Origin: Breznakia blatticola
Lineage (GTDB): Bacteria > Bacillota_I > Bacilli_A > Erysipelotrichales > Erysipelotrichaceae
Direction of reading: 5' to 3'
DNA: 20,168 nucleotides
Assembly: GCF_004365815.1 (NCBI RefSeq)
Contig: NZ_SODD01000045.1
Coordinates: forward strand, 1-20,168
Below, one piece after another: positions 14,467 to 20,168 of this stretch (position 1 is the first letter of the stretch; the number at the start of each line of letters is the position of its first letter). Position numbers and translations under genes: made by a program. A model generated the notes under the pieces. The model ran no database searches and was not told the DNA's origin. It saw only the letters and a list, made by a program, of their open reading frames with translations.

Positions 14467-14482
14467 TTTCTTTAATTTTTTA

Positions 14483-14511
14483 TTGACAAATCTTTGATAA
14501 GAAATTATAGT
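14483..14511 (+). promoter_or_regulatory. SigmaA-type promoter of the scrA-scrB-scrK operon
   Basis: TTGACA (14483-14488), a 17-nt spacer, then TATAGT (14506-14511). Confidence 0.65.
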
Positions 14512-14516
14512 TCTTA

Positions 14517-14534
14517 TATGGAACCGGTACCATA
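14517..14534. promoter_or_regulatory. LacI-type operator / cre-like site O2 (over the predicted +1)
   Basis: TATGGAACCGGTACCATA is an 18-bp palindrome with 2 mismatches. Its core matches the 15-nt cre consensus fully. It starts 6 nt after the -10. Confidence 0.65.
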
Positions 14535-14553
14535 ATAAGAAATGAGGGATAAT

Positions 14554-15975
14554 ATGAATTATGAAAAAATAGCAAAAGAAATAATAATTAATATTGGTGG
14601 AAAAGAAAATATTCAACAAGTCGGTCATTGTGCAACTAGACTACGCTTTCATTTACGTGATCAATCATTAGTGAATGAAGAAGCAATCACAGATATGGAA
14701 GTAGTAAAAGGAGTTTTCCTTTCAAATAACCAATATCAAATCATTTTGGGTTCTGGAATTGTGAATTTGGTTTGTGAGGAAATACAAAAAGTATTACCAA
14801 ACGCACAAAATCAAATCGAAGAAAAACAAGAAACAAAAGGGAATTTATTGCAAAGAGGAGTCACTTTATTAAGTGAAATCTTTGTCCCAATTATTCCAGC
14901 AATTGTTGCTGGTGGGTTATTAATGGGGATTAATAATGTACTTACAGCAAACGGATTGTTTATTTCAGGAAAGTCATTGATTGAAGCCTATCCACAAATA
15001 GCAGATATAGCAAGTATGATCAATTTATTTGCTAATGCACCTTTTGTTTTCTTACCTGTACTTATTGCATTTTCTGCAACAAAGAAATTTGGAGGGAATC
15101 CATATCTAGGAGCAGCAATGGGAATGATCATGGTACATCCAGATTTACTAAATGCATACGCATTGGGAACTGGTGTAGAAGTTCCAACATGGAATATCTT
15201 TGGCTTATCAATTGAGGCGGTAGGGTATCAAGGAACTGTCTTGCCAGTTCTTGCAGTTTCATATATTCTTGCAACTATTGAAAAGAAACTACACAAAATC
15301 ACACCACACTGGTTAGATAATTTAACGACTCCATTGTTAGCAACATTAATTACTGGATTTTTAACCTTTACAGTTGTTGGCCCACTATTACGTTTAGCTG
15401 GGGATGGATTAGCAAGCGGAATTACTTGGGGATATGAAACACTAGGATTTGTAGGAGGAGCGATTTTTGGACTTCTTTATGCACCAATTACACTTACAGG
15501 AATGCATCACAGTTTTATTGCAATCGAAACGCAATTATTAGCTGCAATGGAAACAACGGGAGGATCATTTATTTTCCCTACAGCAGCAATGAATAACGTA
15601 GCGCAAGGTGCAGCAGTATTAGCAGTATTTTGGGTAACAAAAGACAAGAAGATCAAATCGATTTGTTCAGCAGCAGGAATTTCCGCATTTCTAGGAATTA
15701 CAGAACCTGCAATGTTTGGTGTAACTTTGAAATTACGCTATCCATTTTATGCAGCGATGATTGGTTCTGCATTAGGAAGTGCATACATCGCTGCTACTAA
15801 GACATTAGCTGTTGCTTTAGGTGCTGCTGGTTTACCAGGATTTATTTCCATTCCTGTAGATTCATGGCTTAACTTTGGAATTGGAATGGTCATCTCTGTT
15901 ATAAGTGCATTCTGTATTACGATTCTATTATGCAAAAGAGCTAGTGCTAAAGAAAATAAAAAACAAATAAGCTAG
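14554..15975 (+). CDS. scrA: PTS sucrose-type transporter subunit EIIBC (no EIIA domain)
   Basis: The EIIB phospho-Cys motif is present (GGKENIQQVGHCATRLRF), followed by a polytopic EIIC with GITEPAMFG. Context is scrR and a GH32 gene. I prefer ATG 14554 as the start, 5 nt after GAGGG, because the track's ATG 14542 overlaps that SD. Confidence 0.9.
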   Translation: MNYEKIAKEIIINIGGKENIQQVGHCATRLRFHLRDQSLVNEEAITDMEVVKGVFLSNNQYQIILGSGIVNLVCEEIQKVLPNAQNQIEEKQETKGNLLQRGVTLLSEIFVPIIPAIVAGGLLMGINNVLTANGLFISGKSLIEAYPQIADIASMINLFANAPFVFLPVLIAFSATKKFGGNPYLGAAMGMIMVHPDLLNAYALGTGVEVPTWNIFGLSIEAVGYQGTVLPVLAVSYILATIEKKLHKITPHWLDNLTTPLLATLITGFLTFTVVGPLLRLAGDGLASGITWGYETLGFVGGAIFGLLYAPITLTGMHHSFIAIETQLLAAMETTGGSFIFPTAAMNNVAQGAAVLAVFWVTKDKKIKSICSAAGISAFLGITEPAMFGVTLKLRYPFYAAMIGSALGSAYIAATKTLAVALGAAGLPGFISIPVDSWLNFGIGMVISVISAFCITILLCKRASAKENKKQIS

Positions 15976-16202
15976 AAGAAAACGTACTTGTATCACCAAT
16001 CAATGGAGAAGTCGCAAATATTAGCCAAATGCCTGATGAAGCTTTTCAAACAAGGCAAAGGGTGATAGAGATTGAGATTACAAGTATTGAAAAAGAAGGT
16101 TGTAGCAGTGCAATAGCTATGGTCTGCACAAAAGAAACAACATTTGAAATGTTGTGTAATGGTAAGATGGAAAAAGAAACTCCAATTATAAATATAAGGT
16201 GA
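15972..16202 (+). pseudogene. Remnant of a PTS EIIA(Glc-family) domain, frameshifted from scrA and internally deleted
   Basis: The frame offset by -1 from scrA reads LEENVLVSPINGEVANISQMPDEAFQ-TRQR-VIEIEITSIEKEGCSSAIAMVCTKETTFEMLCNGKMEKETPIINIR*. The two ends align with the N-terminal (IEIIAPLSGEIVNIEDVPDVVF) and C-terminal (VIEFDL...TPVVISN...GSVTVGETPVIRI) parts of E. coli Crr. The central His-containing core is missing. Confidence 0.7.
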
Positions 16203-16206
16203 TAAG

Positions 16207-17631
16207 ATGAAACAACAATGTTTAACGAATGAGGAAATAGACTCATTAGAAAATAATGCAAAAACAATTGATGACAAGTATCGATTGAAATATCATTTAA
16301 TGCCACCAGTAGGTTGGCTGAATGATCCAAATGGTCTTTGCTATTACAAGGGACAGTATCATATATTTTATCAATATGCTCCAGAAGATCCTACAGGTGG
16401 TCGCAAGTATTGGGGGCATTATACAACAAAGGACTTTGTTCACTTCATAAAAGAGAAAACAGCGCTATTTCCTAACCATCGATATGATAGTCGTGGAGCT
16501 TATTCAGGTGCTGCCATAGTTGTAGATGATAAAATGCACGTCTTTTATACAGGTAATGTAAAACATATTGGGGACTATGATTATATTACTGATGGTCGTG
16601 AACATAATACAATGTATAGTTATAGCGATGATGGAGTTCATTTTAAAGGTAAAATGTGTTTACTTACTAATGTTGATTATCCACAAGAAATGACGCGACA
16701 TGTACGTGATCCGTATGTGATCAAAAAAGATGATTTCTTTTATCTGTTTTTAGGGGCGAGAAGCAAAGAAAACATCGGAGTTATCTTGGTATATCAATCT
16801 TCAAATTTACATGATTGGAAGTATTTAAAAACCATTTGTAGTGATGAACCATTTGGCTATATGTGGGAATGTCCAAGTTATGTAGAACTTGATCAAAAGC
16901 AAATACTAATTTGTAGTCCACAAGGGGTGGAAAGTCAAAAATACAAATATCAAAACTTGTATCAAAGTGGATATTTTATAATTGATGGCGACTTTCGTGA
17001 AAACTATACATTATCAACTTTCTTTGAGTTAGACTATGGTTGGGATTTTTATGCCCCACAGGTAGTACAGTCAAATGATGAGCGAAAGATACTTATTGCT
17101 TGGATGGGTATGCCTGATGTTGTGTATACAAATCCAACAGTAGAAAAAGGGTGGCAGCATGCATTATGTTTACCAAGAGAAATCAGTTGGAAAAATGATA
17201 AAGTCTATCAATATCCAATTGCAGAAACAAAGCAATTAAGAGAACACAAACATGTATTTACTTTGGAGAAGAATAAAGAAATAACACTGGAAGATATTGT
17301 GTTTGAAATGCATTTAGATAAACTAGCAAAGAAGTCATTTGATATTAAACTTCGTCAGGATTTTGAATTACATTATCACAATCAAATCGTACATATTACT
17401 ATGAAAGAAAGTGGATGTCTGCGAGATACTCGCGAATTTCTAGTAGAAAGTATAGAAGATATAACAATCTTCAGTGATACAAGTTCTATTGAAATCTTTA
17501 TTAATAAAGGTGAATATACGTTTACAACGCGTATATATGATGTTCTTCAAGCAAAAATTGAGTCTACTATAGATATTCCAGTAACGTATTATAAGTTACG
17601 TAACTATGAAATAAAAAATGACAGCAAGTAA
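16207..17631 (+). CDS. scrB: Sucrose-6-phosphate hydrolase (GH32)
   Basis: GH32 catalytic motifs are present: WLNDPNGL, RDP (HVRDPYV) and EC (MWECPSY). SD AAGGTGA lies 4 nt upstream. Confidence 0.9.
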   Translation: MKQQCLTNEEIDSLENNAKTIDDKYRLKYHLMPPVGWLNDPNGLCYYKGQYHIFYQYAPEDPTGGRKYWGHYTTKDFVHFIKEKTALFPNHRYDSRGAYSGAAIVVDDKMHVFYTGNVKHIGDYDYITDGREHNTMYSYSDDGVHFKGKMCLLTNVDYPQEMTRHVRDPYVIKKDDFFYLFLGARSKENIGVILVYQSSNLHDWKYLKTICSDEPFGYMWECPSYVELDQKQILICSPQGVESQKYKYQNLYQSGYFIIDGDFRENYTLSTFFELDYGWDFYAPQVVQSNDERKILIAWMGMPDVVYTNPTVEKGWQHALCLPREISWKNDKVYQYPIAETKQLREHKHVFTLEKNKEITLEDIVFEMHLDKLAKKSFDIKLRQDFELHYHNQIVHITMKESGCLRDTREFLVESIEDITIFSDTSSIEIFINKGEYTFTTRIYDVLQAKIESTIDIPVTYYKLRNYEIKNDSK

Positions 17632-17715
17632 TGCATTTTAAAAATGAAGCCATACATCATGAGAGAAAAGAAAACGAATATGTTAAAATAGAGTGGTAAG
17701 TAAGGAGAATCATAC

Positions 17716-18594
17716 ATGAAATTAGGAGCTATTGAAGCTGGGGGAACAAAGTTTGTTGTTTGTATAGGGAATGAAAAAGGTGAAATTTTTGATAGAGCCT
17801 CATTTCCAACAGAAACTCCAGAAAAAACAATGAAACATGTATTTGCATATTTTGATGACAAACAAATAGATGCAATGGGTGTTGCATGCTTTGGACCAAT
17901 TGATCCAAATCCGGAAAGTAGTACATACGGATATATAACAACTACACCAAAAGAAGGTTGGCAACATTTCAATATAGTAGGTGTTTTAGAAGAACGCTAT
18001 CATATTCCAATCATCTTTGATACAGATGTAAATGGAGCTATGTTGGGTGAAACATATTTTGGAGCAGCTAAAGGATTAAGTAATGCATTATATCTAACTA
18101 TCGGGACAGGTGTAGGTGGTGGTGCAATCGTTGGTGGAAAACTAGTCCATGGTTTAGTACATCCAGAAATGGGACATATTCTTTTACGAGTTAGAGAAGA
18201 TGATACATTTTCAGGTAACTGTCCATATCATGCAACTTGCTTTGAAGGTCTTGCTGCTGGTCCTGCAATAGAAGCTAGATGGAACAAAAGCGCAAAAGAA
18301 CTGGATGAAAATCATCCTGCATGGGATTTAGAAGCATATTATATTGCACAAGCATTAGTGACATATACACTAACATTATCACCAGAAAAAATCATTCTAG
18401 GTGGTGGGGTTATGCATCAAAAACAATTGTTTCCAATGATTCATCACTATTTTCAGACATATTTAAATAATTATGTGCAAAAAGAAGAGATAACTACAAA
18501 TAGAATAAAAGACTATATTGTATATCCTATGTTAGGTGATAATGCAGGAGTAGTCGGTGCATTATCATTAGCGATTTCTGCGTTGAAAAAGTAA
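17716..18594 (+). CDS. scrK: ROK family fructokinase
   Basis: The N-terminal ATP motif is GAIEAGGTKF, with DTDVNGAMLGE and a Zn/ROK-like motif (H...GNCPYHATCFEGLAAGPA). The gene follows scrB. SD AAGGAG lies 8 nt upstream. Confidence 0.85.
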   Translation: MKLGAIEAGGTKFVVCIGNEKGEIFDRASFPTETPEKTMKHVFAYFDDKQIDAMGVACFGPIDPNPESSTYGYITTTPKEGWQHFNIVGVLEERYHIPIIFDTDVNGAMLGETYFGAAKGLSNALYLTIGTGVGGGAIVGGKLVHGLVHPEMGHILLRVREDDTFSGNCPYHATCFEGLAAGPAIEARWNKSAKELDENHPAWDLEAYYIAQALVTYTLTLSPEKIILGGGVMHQKQLFPMIHHYFQTYLNNYVQKEEITTNRIKDYIVYPMLGDNAGVVGALSLAISALKK

Positions 18595-18650
18595 TGCATA
18601 TTGGAAAAGTGTAAACGAAGAGAATTAATTCGTTAAACAAAATGAGTAAA

Positions 18651-18711
18651 AGGTTCTACTTTATATGTTGTGAGTAAGATACTTACAAACTAAATAGATA
18701 GAATCTTTTTT
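18651..18711 (+). terminator. Possible terminator of the scr operon (branched hairpin + T-run)
   Basis: AGGTTCTA (18651-18658) pairs with TAGAATCT (18699-18706) through one G-U pair. The pairing encloses an inner GTAAG/CTTAC hairpin, and TTTTT follows. The long loop lowers confidence. Confidence 0.4.
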
Positions 18712-18734
18712 ATTACTTACGTAACACCATAGTG

Positions 18735-18740
18735 TATAAT
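18735..18740 (+). promoter_or_regulatory. Candidate -10 (TATAAT) for the SAP-like/HD gene pair
   Basis: TATAAT lies at 18735-18740, with a possible -35 TTACTT 16 nt upstream. SD AGAGGAG is at 18765-18771. Confidence 0.35.
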
Positions 18741-18776
18741 AAATGATAGGAATTTAATTTCATAAGAGGAGATAGC

Positions 18777-19364
18777 ATGAAAGCACGACCAGTATTAGAC
18801 CACACTTTAGATAGTCATACATTTTACTCCTACTATTACTTGAAGGAAGAGTTAATTGCATTTTGTCGTAAATATCACTTGCCTACCTCTGGAGGAAAAA
18901 TAGAAATTAGTGAGCGAATTGCACACTATTTGGATACGAAAGAAATCCTAACAGTTCAAATGAAGAAATCAGCAAAACCATGTATTAAAGAAATTACACT
19001 AGATGCATTAATTGAAGATAATTTCGTGTGCTCTGAAATGCATCGAGCTTTTTTCAAAAAGCAGATAGGATCATCATTTTCATTTACTGTTGCTTTTCAA
19101 CAGTGGCTAAAAGCAAATACAGGAAAAACATATGATGATGCAATAAGTGCATATCATGAAATAGTTAAGGCAAAGAAAAAAAGAGTAACAAAGATTGATA
19201 AACAATTTGAATACAATACGTATATTCGTGATTTCTTTAGTGATAATAAAGGAAAAACTCTACAAGATGCAATTGCTTGTTGGAAGTATAAGAAATGCCA
19301 ACAAGGACATAATCGCTATGAAAGTAGTGATTTGATTGCGTTGGATAAACTGAAAAGGGGATAG
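18777..19364 (+). CDS. Hypothetical protein with N-terminal SAP-like motif and an internally repeated C-terminal module (DUF6434-like?)
   Basis: YLKEELIAFCRKYHLPTSGGKIEISERIAHYL fits the SAP pattern (L.v.eLr..c...gL...G.K.eLi.Ri). Two related motifs occur: WLKANTGKTYDDAISAYHEI and FFSDNKGKTLQDAIACWKYK. The SD is strong. The family name is from memory only. Confidence 0.6.
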   Translation: MKARPVLDHTLDSHTFYSYYYLKEELIAFCRKYHLPTSGGKIEISERIAHYLDTKEILTVQMKKSAKPCIKEITLDALIEDNFVCSEMHRAFFKKQIGSSFSFTVAFQQWLKANTGKTYDDAISAYHEIVKAKKKRVTKIDKQFEYNTYIRDFFSDNKGKTLQDAIACWKYKKCQQGHNRYESSDLIALDKLKRG

Positions 19365-19366
19365 TA

Positions 19367-20056
19367 ATGAAAAGAAGTCAGTTTATACATATAGAGGCAT
19401 TCATGTCACAATTCATGAAGGATAGTGCACATGATATCGAACATATTTATCGCGTTTTGTATTTTGCATTAGATATTGCAAAGCATGAAAAAGATGTAAA
19501 TATGGACATACTAATAAGTGCATGTTTATTACATGATATTGGAAGACAGAAACAATTTGAAAATCCAAAGCTATGTCATGCCAAAGTTGGTTCAGAAATG
19601 GCATATGCTTTTTGTATAGAAAATGGATATTCACAAGAAGATGCAACACACGTAAAAGAATGTATTGCTTCGCATCGTTTTCGGGCAAATCAACCACCAC
19701 AAAGTATCGAAGCTAAAATACTATTTGATGCTGATAAAATCGATGTATGTGGAAGTATTGGAATTGCTCGCACACTTTTTTACAATGCAAATATTGGTGA
19801 ACCATTATACTTTGTTGATGATAATCGCAATATACTTGATGGAACACATGATGATCATCCATCATTTCTACATGAGTATAACTATAAGTTGAAACATTTG
19901 TATGATAAGTTTTATACAAAGCGTGCTACACAAATTGCAAATGAACGACAAGCACATGCAATTGCATTTTATGAAAGTATCTTATCAGAAGTAATACCAA
20001 CCTATGAAAATGGCAAGAAACTTGTAGCAGAGATACTAGATGATACGCATGAATAA
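19367..20056 (+). CDS. HD domain metal-dependent phosphohydrolase (YedJ/YpgQ-like)
   Basis: The H...HD...D signature is present (AHDIEHIYRV, LLHDIGR, ASHRF, FDADKID). SD AAAGGGGA precedes the ATG, which starts 2 nt after the upstream TAG stop. Confidence 0.8.
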   Translation: MKRSQFIHIEAFMSQFMKDSAHDIEHIYRVLYFALDIAKHEKDVNMDILISACLLHDIGRQKQFENPKLCHAKVGSEMAYAFCIENGYSQEDATHVKECIASHRFRANQPPQSIEAKILFDADKIDVCGSIGIARTLFYNANIGEPLYFVDDNRNILDGTHDDHPSFLHEYNYKLKHLYDKFYTKRATQIANERQAHAIAFYESILSEVIPTYENGKKLVAEILDDTHE

Positions 20057-20168
20057 AGTGAAATCTCATCATTTATTAAGATAATATGAAGTGACCCCCT
20101 AAGTTGTCTAAACGTGGATTTAGATTCATAATAGAAATTGTAAAAATAATATTAAGAATCGTTACCAT

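Noticed and set aside
13864-14628. Minus-strand ORFs 13864-14052, 14184-14465 and 14440-14628 over scrR and the scr promoter
   Set aside because: The first two are antisense to scrR. The third spans the promoter/operator region and the scrA start, and is better explained by the regulatory elements and the AT-rich sequence.
15747-16330. Minus-strand ORFs 15747-15935, 15993-16277 and 16046-16330 around the scrA-scrB junction
   Set aside because: The + strand explains this region much better: the scrA 3' end, the EIIA remnant with clear homology at both ends, and the scrB start. The minus-strand translations are Cys/Phe/Ile-rich and featureless.
17604-17972. Minus-strand ORFs 17604-17972 and 17729-17941 overlapping the scrB end and scrK start
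   Set aside because: They are antisense to the ROK fructokinase N-terminus, which carries the canonical ATP-binding motif. They have no independent support.
19413-19919. ORFs 19413-19700 (-), 19665-19892 (+, alternative frame) and 19713-19919 (-) inside the HD-domain gene
   Set aside because: They are embedded in a CDS with a complete HD signature. Their His/Tyr/Met-rich translations reflect the local ATG/CAT-rich sequence.
20057-20168. Hairpin TCTAAA-CGTGGA-TTTAGA (20107-20124) and a minus-strand ATG at the window edge, considered as a terminator or a convergent gene start
   Set aside because: The stem is 6 bp and AT-rich, with no following T-run. The minus-strand ATG at 20168 opens only a ~30-codon frame. 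The window ends too soon to interpret this region.
1-20168. Searched for mobile elements, integrases, toxin-antitoxin pairs, restriction-modification or other defence modules, tRNA/rRNA genes and long inverted or direct repeats
   Set aside because: No translation in any frame shows transposase, recombinase or defence-type motifs that I can recognise. No cloverleaf-like or rRNA-like sequence was seen. Uniform + strand gene orientation and housekeeping content argue for core chromosome rather than an island. The lyase gene is the only clearly accessory-type element.

Overview
This is a visibly AT-rich chromosomal segment of Bacillota (Firmicutes) type. It uses TGnTATAAT extended -10 promoters, AGGAGG-like Shine-Dalgarno sites and hairpin plus T-run terminators. 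Every credible gene lies on the + strand: 15 CDS plus one decayed domain remnant, and the first CDS (MATE) looks like a gene fragment.

Gene order:
- the C-terminal lobe of a MATE efflux gene, whose N-terminal half is disrupted or absent
- an SPL-family radical SAM protein
- htpG, preceded by two CIRCE (HrcA) operators
- a 10-TM membrane protein with an N-terminal AbrB/SpoVT-like domain
- a Cys-type glutathione peroxidase
- a 1795-aa secreted multidomain enzyme: signal peptide, CBM32, EEP nuclease/phosphatase-fold domain, FIVAR, CBM32, 2x Big_2, PL8 hyaluronate/chondroitin-type lyase, FIVARs, Pro-rich stalk, and a C-terminal anchor without LPXTG
- a YihX-like HAD phosphatase that overlaps a TRAM/Fe-S RumA-type 23S rRNA m5U methyltransferase
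- a sucrose PTS locus: scrR, scrA (IIBC), a decayed EIIA remnant, scrB (GH32) and a ROK fructokinase
- a translationally coupled SAP-like / HD-phosphohydrolase gene pair

I found no tRNA or rRNA gene, CRISPR array, transposase, integrase or recognisable defence system.

Most noteworthy observations:
- the EEP-PL8 fusion enzyme and its atypical anchor
- the frameshifted, internally deleted EIIA(Glc) remnant between scrA and scrB
- the tandem CIRCE operators on htpG
- two genes whose ATG sits exactly at the predicted transcription start (TGCTATAAT-N6-ATG), which suggests leaderless mRNAs
- the AbrB-like domain fused to a polytopic membrane protein

All homology statements rest on motif recognition by eye. 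No database search was possible, so novelty claims are untested.
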